This document shows, in pieces, positions 45,401 through 57,721 of a stretch of 64,000 nt of DNA; the first letter of the stretch is position 1, and each line of letters opens with the position of its first letter. The stretch covers positions 19,300 through 83,299 of the forward strand of contig JAAPAO010000091.1 in the NCBI GenBank assembly GCA_013115145.1, given 5' to 3'. Both the position numbers and the translations under genes were made by a program. This DNA is from Perkinsus chesapeaki ATCC PRA-425. Taxonomy: Eukaryota; Protista; Perkinsozoa. Below the pieces are notes generated by a model. It saw only the letters and a program-made list of their open reading frames with translations, had not been told where the DNA came from and ran no database searches.

Positions 45401-46424
45401 TACCTTATAAGTGATATCGTCCCTCCGCAGCTTTGGGGCCCGCATTACCTGCTTCTTCTCCGTAGCGTATTTCTTATGTAAGTTCAGCTTTCTAGCCTTC
45501 GTTAGAACCTGTGCCGCAAAGCTGACCCTCCAGCCCGGCAGTCCACCTACCTCATGCGTGTTGGTCCGGGAGTCCTCCAGCTGGGATGCAGCCTTGTCCA
45601 GGACAGCCTCAAGATCTGCTATCTGCTCCGACCTACCACAGACTGCTGCCAACCCCTTCCAGCAAGCGCCCATATTACATGTCATTAATAGTAGATTCGA
45701 CAGCCGAGAACTCCTTGACAAATTCCTTATTTAGTTTCAGGTTCTCCCCTTCTATCATATACCTACAGCAGACCATCGGACCCCTCCGTATTATTAACTA
45801 TATACACCGCGGCTCCACTATTTCTATATGGATGGTTCGGGGAGCTACCCAACTGAATTTGTATCAGCCCAAGCAATCTGATCTGGTTCAAGTACCGAAA
45901 TTAAATAGGAAGTTTGGTAAGAAATAGCCAAGAAAGGAATATCAAAATCGTTGCTCCTTGTACAGTCATACCACTAGATGCTCCTCCACATCACGGCTCT
46001 GCTTGACACCCGGAATCACCACCCTATTTCCCGCAATCATTACCTCAGGTTCCGCCTCTGATCTGGAGTATTACCCTCCCCATAAAAGGTAGATAGGGTC
46101 TGCAACGCTGATAAAGAGGAGCTGGGGTCTAGTCGAAGAGACAATACCTTCTGGACCTAATAACAGTGCACTTCTTCCTTTTCAATAACTATGCCGGATA
46201 AAATCTATCACACCAGGAGCAGGACCATTTTCTGAGCTTTCCTACTAGCCAATTGTTCGCAAGCTTGATACACTGCAGTTTAGTCCCTTACAAAACCCCT
46301 GTATAGTACCTTATTACGCAATGCCTGTGATGTACTAGCCCCAACTGCTGCCACCGTACTAGCCCTTGTTGGAGCAGCACTAACCCCACTGCTCCTTGGT
46401 TGCCCTTCTCCTATTGCAGTGGTC
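42489..46424 (-). CDS. COG6: Conserved oligomeric Golgi complex subunit 6 (multi-exon)
   Basis: ALQTLSTFYGEGNTPDQRRNLR|YMIE..; FLLSPEDV..IDDAFFRSL; EEIAYERIFVWIQ; RPIDIHAYDIVR|YTNDMLAWIHEQAAAE; LDPLLQFC..FMLNCL; AEAYERIY..TPESVRALLDV*. Confidence 0.92.
43340..43411 (-). tRNA. tRNA-Pro (UGG), located in a COG6 intron
   Basis: 72 nt GGCTGTGTGGTCTAGTGGTATGATTCTCGCTTTGGGTGCGAGAGGTCCCGAGTTCGATTCTCGGCTCAGCCC. Canonical eukaryotic tRNA-Pro D, anticodon (CTCGC-TTTGGGT-GCGAG) and T arms; one U-U mismatch in the acceptor stem. Confidence 0.96.
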
Positions 46425-47428
46425 ATAAGTTAATAAACTCATATTGCAGAGTAGTCACTATACCGTTCCCCCTCCCTGTCATATCGGTTTCAGCACATTC
46501 TGCCTCTTTCTATACGCTTATGCAAGATTTAATACTCACTCAACACAAGCACTACAACCGTCGGAAATCAAGTCTGGTCCTGATGCCTCCCATGCCAACA
46601 ACAGTTAGTGTATACTGTAGCAAGTACAAAGTAGTGCATACCTCACTGGCGGTGATGTATGATGGCACTGTGGGGTGAGCATACTGTATAGCGTAAAGGG
46701 ATATAACAGCCAGCTGTGAATATAACGGAACTCATACGTTCTTGGCTAATTGCTTTTCACAAGAAGTGAAATGCAGTGCTTGCATGATGATCTATAATGA
46801 CTTGATCTGACTAGTAGACTTTTCGAAGTCCCTTGTCTTCTTTTGCCGAACCATAGTACGTTTACGCCTGGTTAGGCTAAGGTGGATAACCGAGTTACCC
46901 CGAGAACTGTATTTCGCCACTAAGCACTTACGAGCCAACGATCCTCTCTATCCCTTGAAGGCCCCACCTTACAAGTCCATATTATTAGCATTACTGTGGC
47001 TATATTCAACCAATGGACGATCGTCTCTAGTACTATAACCCCATGCTGCCACATTTCCCTCCAACCGTCGGAGAGTCTTACTCGCCAGAACAAACTTTTA
47101 ATTCCTCTTGAACCGGCCTACTCCTTATACTACATCTTTGCCTCCCTAATAGCCATGCAGCTAAGAGTCACCGATGGTGACGCCATCAACAACACATACC
47201 TTGCCAAAGTATAGATATTGAGGATGAGGCCCTCAATAAGGGAGTAGAGTAAGGAGTCCATTTTCAGTAGGTCCGTCATCTATCAACTTATCTCCAAACG
47301 CGCAACTCTATACTGTGATCCCAGTCCAGTACGCCTCGATCTGCTCAGTCACTCCCCCCCCAGCGACTTCGATTGGTCGAATGATGAGCACAACTCGGTT
47401 ATTTATTAACAGGAACGAATTACACAGC

Positions 47429-47961
47429 TTACGCATCTATAGTTCGGCCCTCGAAGACCCTCCGTAGACTTGGATCATCTCGCATTATATCATCAACCTT
47501 CGATGTCAATCTCATCAATACCCCAACAGTACTCATAACAAAAGCATAGGGCACAGCAAGATAGAGGGCACGGTAGGTAGGGCGACGGTTGTTCATTTGG
47601 ATGCACACCCTAAAAGCGGAAGCTTCTTCCATTGATCAAGTCAGCCGACTTACCCAATGGAGTAGAGCCCCACTGCCGAGCCTGCTGAGGCCAGGACAGG
47701 TCTGACGTAATGCTTCATATCAAATAAGGACGCTACCCTCTCCTCGTTGCCATTCGCCCACACTTCCCTCGCCACTCTTATGTTCCCTTCTAAGGAGTCG
47801 ACATGTCGTTTTAATCTCTCATACCTCCTTGCGAACCAATTAGGCCGATAGGTAGCGGATGATGGTATCGTCACTGTGTTCTCTGCATTCAGCACATCAC
47901 TGGCGCTCACACTACCGGAGTCAGAGAACAGGCTCTCTAGGACCAGCCCACCGGCTGCCAT
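47429..47961 (-). CDS. Two-exon hypothetical membrane protein
   Basis: Two ORFs join via a phase-2 intron (gtaagt..ttttag): ..SAVGLYSIG|VCIQMNNRRPTYRALYLAVPYAFVMSTVGVLM..; two hydrophobic segments. Confidence 0.55.
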
Positions 47962-47986
47962 TTAAAACCTATTACTGGTCCCCTTG

Positions 47987-48361
47987 TCAATTCACCGAAA
48001 GACGGTAATGTCCACGAGCCCTAGCCGACCCCCGAATTGATACGCACCAACAAAAGAGCCTTAATTGTCCTTGTTGACAGGAACAGTAAACCGCAAGGCA
48101 CTGGAGAACAAGCGAAATAATTACTGTTATGTTATTAAGGAATAAACTGTAGGGGACTGTAGATGATGATGCTGTTGGCAAGGACTGGCCATAACTGGCC
48201 CACAGACCACATAGAAAAGGTAACAAATCCAAGTTGGACAGCGCCGAGAGTCCGGATGGTGCAGACATAGATAGAGTTGAATCGTATAATGGCAATACGG
48301 GCCTTGAAGGAAGAGCAAAGAATGACACTTCAACACAAAGGGTAGAACAGGAACGCGCCAT
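47987..48361 (-). CDS. Possible small hypothetical membrane protein
   Basis: 124-aa ATG-started ORF in an otherwise unexplained gap, with one TM-like stretch (ITVIISLVLQCLAVYC). No homology recognised. Confidence 0.3.
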   Translation of the reverse strand: MARSCSTLCVEVSFFALPSRPVLPLYDSTLSMSAPSGLSALSNLDLLPFLCGLWASYGQSLPTASSSTVPYSLFLNNITVIISLVLQCLAVYCSCQQGQLRLFCWCVSIRGSARARGHYRLSVN

Positions 48362-48444
48362 TTGAGGTGTTTGTTGTTGTTGTTGTTGTTATCGAGGGGG
48401 ATGATGATGGTGGGGGTGGTGGTGGTCACCAACGTGTGACGGGG

Positions 48445-49995
48445 CTACTCGCCAATAGCGACAAGTAGACATCCAGTGAGTTGGACGCAGAAGGCAATTG
48501 CAAAGATAATTCTTTGTCTGAAGGATACGATGTTAATAGGGGCGTAATACAAGGTCTTACTTCCTTTGCTTAATCTCCTTGTATACGAAAATACTGAGTA
48601 AACTGGAGACCATAACAGGTCCAACAGCATCTAAAGTGTAGGCAGCTGCGTAACCCATACCATCAATACCGTAAAGGGCATTTACATCACCACCAGTCCA
48701 GAACAGACCTGAGCACACACAGTAGAGGAGAAGATTCACTACAACGATTGCTATCGATCCCGAGGTTTGGTGGGGATCTACTGCGGAGAAGACGGTACGT
48801 ATGGAAGGTTTAGGCAGTTTTATAGGGGACAGTGGCTTACCAGCAATGAAGGCAGGGCGAATGACGGAGTGCATTGTGCGCTTTTTGAAGGCAAATTGCC
48901 GGAACATAGCGGCAACCCAGTACCATATGCTGGAGACGAAATAGATACCAATACATTGTGAGAACACGAATTGGACCTATTTTGAATCTTAAAGAGATAA
49001 AACCGTAAGATTCCCTACAGGTTGATAGTATCCATATTTCTGTTGCCACAACTGATATGGCCATCCGTTCATTGCCGTTAAAATACCGGACACTATAGCC
49101 AACACCATACCTAAGTAAATTCCCCATACCGTACTTCCCTCAGATCTCCTGAGCTACTACCTATTATCTTAATCCTGAGGACCTGTTGCTGATGAGCCTT
49201 TGCCGCTGATTTGCCGTCCCTCTGATTTCGGCTCTTGGCCTCCTCTCCATTGAAGAATCTTTCCACTTTTAACCAGAAGTCAGATGGTCTGCCATAATCA
49301 TACTCCTCGCTATGGTCATCGTTATGGCCAGTCTCGCCGTTCTCCAGATCGGTCGAAGAGGCAGCATTGGATGCCTCATCGTGGCCGCTGGCATTGCTCG
49401 GACTTATCGATGATGATGAGGAAATGGCCCCTGCGTTCTGATCTGATGTCTCAGTAACGGCCTGCTTGCGGTGTCGTCTACTCTCAGAAGGTCGATCTTT
49501 TTTCTTTTCCTTCGGTCCGGCCGAGGAAGAGTCATCTGATGCCTCCTCGGGATCGACGAAGAACAGAATAGCAAACGAGAACAATAGGACGAAAACGCCG
49601 ACGTCACGCATGACGGGAATACGGCCAACATCTCTGTCCATACCAAAGAGACCGAAACGAGATAGACAGTATCCCCAAGTGAGGTTAATAATATGGTAAA
49701 GAGAGAAGCCAAGGGCCAGACCGCAGATACGGACTAATGGAATGACAATAAAGTTGGCAGTGCCCCATAAGGCACCAGAAAGGACGCCATAAAGGAATAT
49801 CTGAGGGCCGTCCCATTGGCCACTTAGCATTCCGACAATTTCTAGGACAATTCCGCCCCAAAGGATACCAGAACACATAAACCATTGAAAGACAGCTCCA
49901 TCGTATGTACAATACTGTTTACATGGTATATATTGAAGACCATATAAAATAGCAGCAATGATGGTACAAGTAATGCCCACTCCGAAATCTACCAT
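48445..49995 (-). CDS. TMEM144-like (DMT/CEO family) multi-pass transporter with an acidic/Ser-rich loop
   Basis: LYGLQYIPCKQYCTYDGAVFQWFMCSGI..GVLSGALWGTANFIVIPLVRICGLALG; second half CSGLFWTGG..AVGPVMVSSLLSIFVYKEIK. These motifs match TMEM144. Confidence 0.82.
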
Positions 49996-50152
49996 ATAAG
50001 CAGGTTACAGAGGTTATAGAGGCCAGAAACAAAAACACTAACTAAATACCACCACAGGCTAATATAAGGCAATGATTGTGAGATCGATCCTCGGCCGAGG
50101 CGCTTTTCTGTCCCTTTTATCAGCGCGTGTTATACTATTAATGAGTACAAAA

Positions 50153-50294
50153 TGTCGTAACCGGGGATCGAACCTGAGTCTCGATCGGCGCACTTTCTAA
50201 CGTCTCCTATGTAAGCGTATTGAATTGACCATCAGTTGGGTCCTTTCCTCTACGATGCTTTATAATCGTCGATGACTCCAACTCAATCACCGAC
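50153..50294 (-). ncRNA. Candidate tRNA-like Pol III element (T-arm/B-box, acceptor-like 3' end, TTTT); not a canonical tRNA
   Basis: ..TCAGGTTCGATCCCCGGTTACGACA followed by TTTT; possible 5' partner GTCG(G)TGA followed by an A-box-like TGATTGAGTTGG. No valid anticodon arm, and the 5' end overlaps the likely start of the next gene. Confidence 0.3.
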
Positions 50295-52073
50295 CTCTAG
50301 AGTCCCTTCTCGTGGGCACCCCATGGACCCGAGGTACCTCCGTCCCCCTCAGCCATTGCCCTCCACTCCTGCTTTAGTCACTGTTGTGCCCTATTGGACG
50401 TCCATGAGGAACGAGAGCCTTGCCTTTATAAGCTACTGACTGACTGTATGGCGGAAGATCGGTGCCCTTTACCATCATATTGGGCCACTAAGCTGGATAG
50501 GAGCACTGGCAAGGTGTAGGCAACATACAGGGAGTCGCTTCATGAAGGACCGGCAACACTTTGTCGTTCTGCGTTGGCTATTTTTATGGCGAAACTAACC
50601 CACCAGAGGAGCCACATTTGGCCTGCTGTTGAAGGCATCGCTACTGATCAGATACTTTGCCCATCTCATAGAGAAGAGGTCCTCCTGGGAGCACCCCTAC
50701 CATGACATGTTCAAGCAACTCATTGTCTTTTTTAGAGCCTCAGTGTGGCACAAGGATCCCTCTACGGTAGGTCAGTGGTGCCTCAGGGTCGACGAAGTCC
50801 GTGTAAGGTACAACAAGCATGTGACGCCGAGCTTAAGAGGTTTAAGAAGCAACTGGCAGACTCACGAGACAAGAACTGGCGCTCGACCAAGAGCACCGCT
50901 GGGGATGTGTAAGGGTGCTAGCTGTGGCTGTGGCTGGAGCGATATGGTAGTGGTAGATACTATTTCAACTCGAAGACTGGTGAGACGACGTGGGACAACC
51001 CAGATGAGGGCCTAAGCTGCCAGCTCAGTGCCTACACTAACGCTCTGGCATTGCTCACGCACAAACCGTAGGGCTCGTGGCTGTCCTCGAGCTTGGCAGT
51101 GTACCAATCACTACAGGTACTGGGATATGCTACTGTCGTTGGAGACGGATGCAGACGGGCCTTCACGTACATTGCCACCAGGCCAGCCCAAGAAGGTAGT
51201 AGACCAGGGGTCCCACGGACCGAATCCGACTACTTTAGAAATCGGCGCTGAGCAGCTTTGCTGACCGTCTTAAGGATCGTTATAAGAACAAGAAGCCTCA
51301 GAAAGTGGAGGCTAAGGAAGAGATTAGTCTGCCTCCCCTCACAGCACCAGCTGCACCTGACTGGTCGGGGAGTAGCTCTGGTGGGTTATCCTTCAAATGT
51401 TGTTAGCCGGCAAAATCTCAAGGTCCCTCGTCCCCGGCTGTGAGCCCGGCAGCACCGGTCCCTATCACCGTTGTCCTTCCAGAGCCAACTCGGTGTCTGT
51501 CGGCTCTGGCTGGCACTGACTGTGGCGAGGCTGCCCTTTTAAAGGTTATATCACAGCATTAGTTGAACACAGTTGACTACTTGTAGGTCCTAGAGGAGGC
51601 AACAGAGGCTCAAGTGCCCTTGGATCATCCCTTTATAGTGCGCCGTGCAGTCTGGGGTGCCGATGTGGCAGCATGGGCGGATACGCTGGGTCTTGACAGT
51701 AGTGGCCGATTGTTGGCACCATCGCTGGACCAAGCCTGTCCAGGTGCTCGCAGGGCCTTGGCTTTGGAGTTGCTATCCTTGCCGCTTCCGACACCGTGGT
51801 TTGTCCGTACTGGTCGTCGAGGTGAGCGGTTCTTCCACCACCGGGGCCTTGGTCTCACACAATGGGACCATCCCCTTGGGGCATACATTAAGGTGAATAA
51901 GTCTCGGTCGGCGGAGGGGTAGATTGTCGACGCAGGAGCTACTGCAAGGCACTAAGACGGACCTAGGAGGCGTCCTGGCCGACTTGGAGAGAGGGGCTCG
52001 GGACGCCGTCAGCAGCTTTGGTCAATGGGAGCGGTCATGGTCACGAGTGAGCGGCGGGAATGCTGGTCGTTGA
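50272..52073 (+). CDS. Multi-WW-domain protein with CEP164-N-like WW modules (multi-exon; termini approximate)
   Basis: LLDVHEEREPCLYKLL..PLPSYW..|..RYFAHLIEKRSSWEHP; RYYFNSKTGETTWDNP; PLPTPWFVRTGRRGERFFHHRGLGLTQWDHP. Confidence 0.7.
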
Positions 52074-52125
52074 GGAGTAGTGTACTCTGTAGGAGCAGCA
52101 AGAGATAGTCTTCACATTAACCAGA

Positions 52126-55092
52126 ATGCCCAAGATGCCCCAGATAGTAGGCCTGCAGGATGGCATGGAGAGGGCAGATGATCCAGCCGAGGAGGCGGCC
52201 ACCACGGTAGCTGTTAAACTGGTACGCTCTCACCGCTGCGGCTCGTGGTAAAGGGTGATCATGTCCAGTTAATGTTGCGTAGAGTTGCTGCTGATGGTGA
52301 CAGTGAGCCTGTATCGATGAGGAAGGTATGCGATGTGGCTGCCTCGGTGTAAGTTGCTGCTGCCCTGTGGTATATCTGGTCGATGACCCTCCTCCTCCTC
52401 TCTCAGATACAACTCGGGGGTTGTCGTAAATGGGTCCTTTGAGGCCTACACCGGGGCGCAGACGGTAGGTCCTACTCGATATGACAGACAGTTATGTATG
52501 TGGTCCAGGCGCCAGAGGAGGCTGCTGGTGCCTCCATGGTGATGAGCCCAGTCCGAAGCAGCATTACTCCCAATATGAAGGAGACATTGTCACAAGCAGT
52601 CTCATCAGGGGATGAGGGGAAGTCGGTATCATCATCAATGAGGCCAGAGGAGTCTCTTGCCTCGAGGAGCAGCGGGCCGGCCGGCTCAGACAGTGACAGT
52701 GGCGGGGCAGTGACTGCTGCTGCTACTGCACAACTGAACAGTGAGTGCTGTGTATTCCTAGAGGGAGGTATTGCCACCCATACAGGCTTCGTGGCTACAT
52801 TGAATGACAAGCAGGAGGAGCTGGCCATCAGACTTAGGAAAATTGAGGTGTTGCAGTGGCCAGAGTGGCCATGGGGATGGCTATGACAGGATCGATCTAT
52901 CGATGACGAGGGGCCAGAGGTACTAAAGAGGCTATCAGAGGTGGAGGACAGGTTGGCTGAAAGATGCTCAAAGTTGATGGACGAGGCAGAAGAGAGGAAT
53001 AGACGTACCGGGGATCGAACTTGCGCCGCTTCAGTCTTGTTGCACTAGGTATAGTAGATCCTATTAGGGAATCTAATGAAGATCTCATTCGTAGGATAGC
53101 TGCTTTAGAGGTATTAACCCTTCAGCTCGCCACACCATAGCGCTTTCTAGAGCCAGAGGGTAGCGAGCCCTACCGTGGCCGAGGGGGATGGCTTGGCTGC
53201 TGTAGTGGAAAGTGAGGAACGAACCAAAGGTAATGTGATCGCTGATCGCCACCGCCTATAGTGTTGCAGCTGCCATAGCTGACTTGTCTGAGATGTGCCT
53301 CCATCGTTTGGAGGCTTTGGAGCTGCGGATTGAGGCCAATGACGCTCCTGCAGCCCCTCTAGACGGCACCGCTGCTGCTGAGGTGGGAGACCTTCAACTG
53401 GTCAGTGCTGGTACGGTCCCTTGTAGCCTCTCCGAGCCGAAATTGACGAGCTGAGGGCCTCGGTTGAAGAGGTATCGGCAAGGCTTCTCGCTGTCGAAGA
53501 GCGCCCCCAGGAGAGTCCGCATAAAGCTGGTAAATCCTATAACGGGCGCTAGGGTTGTTAGTTACCTTTACAGATGTAGACGAGGCTGCTGCACTGCTGG
53601 ATGCTGTGGGAGAGGTGAATGGGAGGCTGGAGGAGCTAGAGCAAAAGGTGGAGGGTAACACACAAGAGGGGGTGTGGTAGTGTGGGACAGAGGGCTGCTG
53701 TTCAAGGGCTCATGGAGGCATCAACAACGGTAGCAGCAGGCTCGGGGATGGTGCCAGCAGCAGCTCCTATTGTGGTACCAGAGGATATGGTCCAAGCTGC
53801 CGTTAGTGAGATAAATGACAAGACAGAAGCTGCTCGACAGGTGGGCACTGAGAGGACCACCGCTGGGGATGAGGGGGTTCAGGAAGCAAGGGAGCTCACA
53901 GTATCATTGAAGGAGGAGATGGATACCTTTAAGGCCGACAGTGATGATATCACCAGCAGGTTGGAGAAGCATGAGGTGAAGCAAAGTGATATGGAGGTGA
54001 GGAGGGCAGTTCTGAGAGTGTAAGAGTCTAACCCGCTGTAGGCTGCTATAGCGTCTCTGGCCAAGTCATTGGAAGCCTCACATAAGTCCCTTACAGCATC
54101 ACTTACTAAACTAGGGGACACAATGACCGACGCTTTCCCGAAGAAGGGAGCAACTGGACAAGCAGTAGGGATGGAGAAGCTGATGCGATCCCATAGGGAG
54201 GCCCTGGGGTGGGTGGTCGGAGCAAGCTTTCCGGCGAAGTGCTGCGAAATTTCAGTCGCCTCGTGGAGCGCTACGACGGCCAGAACGCCGCGCTTCATCA
54301 GATCGCTGCCACACAGGAGCGAGTCTTGAATGCAGTGTTGGCTCGGAAGCCTCCAACGAGGCCCTTGTCGCCGTCGGGGAGCGCGGCCACTCCACGGTCG
54401 CCGCCTGTTATAGAAGTGATGCCTCCTCCCGAGGAGTGCCGAGAGTGCCTAAACATCTTTATCGGTGTCCTCAAGCGTAACTTTCGTTCCGTGGATGAAG
54501 CGTATGAGTACTTTGCCGGGGGAGCGGCGAGGTTCGGTAAGGAGATGCTGGGCATTCGGTTGAGGCAACTGAGTGGTGGTGGCGCGGCCTGCAATCGTGA
54601 TGTCCTCTGGGCTGCCCTCTGCCACACATGTGGCATCGATCGTAGTGGTCTTATAGACTTCGAGCATTGGACAAAGGCGATAACCTTCTCACAGGGCCAG
54701 CAGCCGACGGGGGAGCTTCGCAGGCAAGGCAGAATTGTAAAGTAAGGAACCTTGCTCTCCTAATAGTCGTTGGAGTCGCTGGCGTGTAGGTATGTAGCAG
54801 CATCGGTGCTGGCTGAGGCTGCTCATGAGTGTACTGTTAAAATAGCCTCTCAAGTCTTAGCTCGAGCAGCAGCAGGAGCGGCAAGTGGTGGACGACGATC
54901 GCCCAAGAAGGGGGAGACCAGCGCGGAGGACTCACCAGTGGAATGGGCGCGAAGGTACCGAACCGGCGCTCGATGGTCTTGATGGGGATAATCCAGTCCT
55001 TCTCGGCCTGTAACGTCATCGACCAGAGCCAGCGGTGGAAGTCGACCAAGGAGCAGAGCAGGGCCATTGCGGAGGCCTCTAACTTCAGATAG
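52126..55092 (+). CDS. Multi-exon coiled-coil protein with degenerate EF-hand-like region (may be more than one gene)
   Basis: Coiled-coil exons (LNDKQEELAIRLRKIE; LSEVEDRLAER; LKEEMDTFKA), then LKRNFRSVDEAYEYF..GIDRSGLIDFEHW resembling a degenerate EF hand. Confidence 0.4.
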
Positions 55093-55830
55093 CTCTCTCG
55101 GGTCTCTTGCTGCTGTGTATGGTATGACCCAGCAATTCAAGGGGGAGCATATTACAGAACGTCCAAACAAGAGAGGCTCCCCGAGCGGTAGGATGGCCCA
55201 TTACAATTATTGATAACTCAGTTGTGTTAGATGAGCGCCATTGGCAATCACCGCCAGGACGGGAGCATCGCCGAGGCCCATCTAGCCCGTCAACCGTCAA
55301 GAGGTCCGGTCGTTGACGATTGGTTGCTGTCGATGCCAATGCTGCCATGTCCACACTTAACGCCTGTTGTTCCATTTAATTGTCCGGAGTTATCATCTCA
55401 GTTAATAGCGGGAAACACAACACAGCAGTCGATAAGGTGGATATCATCATCGTCTCTGGCCGATAAGGTCGATAGCGAAATTCGGTGAACGATTTCACGC
55501 TAACATATCACAGTTCGGAAAGCACCGACTTGTTGGCAGAAAGACAGAACATAAAATGACTTTGCGTATCCAAGGGAGAGACATTTTGACCGTGACTCTC
55601 TATCGCCGTACTAACCCAACACGCCTCAAGCTGTTGTAAAAATACATTCCTGAAATGGGGAGTCCAGAGCGAACTCCGCAATGAAACATAACATATTTGC
55701 TTAGACTTGAGCGAAACTACTCAGGACATCGGGTGGGCGCCAAGCATATGGTTACGTTGGATCTGAGCTTTCTGTTGATGTGGATTGCCTGAGGCGCTGG
55801 ATAGACAATAACGATGGCACGAAAGCTATC

Positions 55831-57721
55831 CTACCACTTTATTTGCTCCTCTGACTTTACCGGCTCTCCACTCGGCGACTCGGATAGCTCCTCCGACAAA
55901 GCCGTCGAGAGAGAATCCTCTCCAGTCTCTACAAAAAGGGACGAATCCTCTTCCAATCCTGTGGCCTCGTTAATCATGGTCTGGATTGCGTCAACTAGGC
56001 TATCCGTGTAGACCATCTTTATCCCTAGCTGGGACTCGATGGTACGGGCCAGCCTGAAGGTCAGCCGCTCCGGCCGAGAGGCAGACAAACACTTACTCAA
56101 CTTCATCGTCCTTCAAATCTTTCGAATTGTAAATGACGACTACTGGTGCCTTCTCAGAAGTAACTGCTTGTGAATCGCCACTGACAGTGCTTAGAAGCTC
56201 CTTCACCGTAGCCGATAATTCCCCAGCATACCCGACATCAGAAACCGTGACAGGCCTAAAAAGCATAGTTAGTACGACACAGAACCTACAAATAATCAAA
56301 CACGCAGAAGGGACCGATTCCTTCCGGAGATCTACTGTAGAGAAAGGCCGCGGAGGTGCAGCGCAGTTGGCTTACTTTTTCTCGCTCTTCTTTCCATTTA
56401 TCGGTAACACACGGAACCTGGCGCGTATCACATCCAGAATCTCTTTCATATCTTTGCGTACGGCCAACTCGTCGTACAACAGCTCATCATCTGTTACATT
56501 CTCACGGTCGTTCCTACTGGTAGCTGCCCAACGGAGATATTCGGTGATGGCCTCTTGCTCGGTGGTGCTGGCCACAGCAGCCTCTATAATTGAGTCCTCT
56601 GAATTAGCATTGCTCTTCCCCCACGATGATAGAACCACTCTACTAACATGTTGAGACAGCTTGAAGAATGCTGCGGAGGGACGGGCCATGGTGACTATCT
56701 CCGAGTAGATGTCATAGGTGATGAGGCCTCTAGTGAGGTCGACGTCACTGGCAGTGGGAGAGCGGCTCCAATGAAGACCGTGCTCACTCACGAAGTTCAT
56801 GTCGACATAGTCAGCCGCATCGGCTACCTGGCCCAACCACGGCAGACCTCCTCGGTTGTTCCTTCCCTTCTTTTCCAGGACAAGACTGTGATGGCTGTGA
56901 CTCGAGGATGATGCATTGGTACCGATTCTTCCTTCGACCGTGTACAGAGTTACCGGGTCCAAGCTGAATAAACGGAGTTCATCGATTGAGGTAGCGTCGG
57001 CCGATACGCCAAAGGTTGACCGAGAAGGACTTATGAGAAGGGACTGACCGATCATGTCAGCTCGGCTCTGTAGTGGGCTGAATTTAGCATGGCCTTCCCA
57101 TTGAATCCGTTGGCCACTGAGGCCCTGCACTACGACAGGACTCGGGCATTCTATCACCAGAGAAGTCACCGTTATGTTCCTGGAAAAAGTTATGAGACCT
57201 GCCGTCTCACCAGGGGACATCACAGGACGTTTACCGTTATCGAGTAACCATCTTTCGTCGTAGTGAACACTCACGTTTGCAGGCAAATCAGTGTACGTGG
57301 TCGCTCGCATGTCCAGCAAGAACGCCACAACATCAGAACGCCTCTGAAGCGGTTCTGAGTGGTCCATATACCGCAACAGTATGTTAACTTTGGAATGAAG
57401 CCTTGTTGGATCACTCGAACTGTCTATTAGAGTTTGCGGAATGATACCACTCATGATGTTAGCGTAGCGTCCAGGGAGTGACCAACTCGGATGCGAACCT
57501 CCAGAGAAGGAGCACCGCGGACCATGGAGTGAAGAATCACAAGTGTCCACGGAAAAGTGCTTGGGCTGTTCCGACGCTACGAGGTCTGAACGCCGAACAA
57601 GAATACGTCCGCGGAGGTTCGTTACAAACTGGTCCACTGGTGGAGGGAAAATAGCAAGGCTTGTGGCGAGGCATACGCGGAAGGATAGCGCCAGCAATCG
57701 ATGCCAGCACGCGCGGTTCAT
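55831..57721 (-). CDS. Secreted hypothetical protein with acidic C-terminus (long first exon plus short exons)
   Basis: 449-codon open exon beginning with a signal-peptide-like MNRACWHRLLALSFRVCLATSLA, ending at the donor aag|gtaagc; downstream exons end ..EPVKSEEQIKW*. Confidence 0.65.

Noticed and set aside
46450-47420. Exon-like fragments on the minus strand between COG6 and the 47.4-kb gene
   Set aside because: Could not be assembled into a convincing gene model or family; left unannotated.
48369-48430. Simple (GTT)n/(GAT)n/(GGT)n runs (similar runs at ~10320 and ~9400)
   Set aside because: Ordinary short microsatellites in UTR or intergenic DNA.
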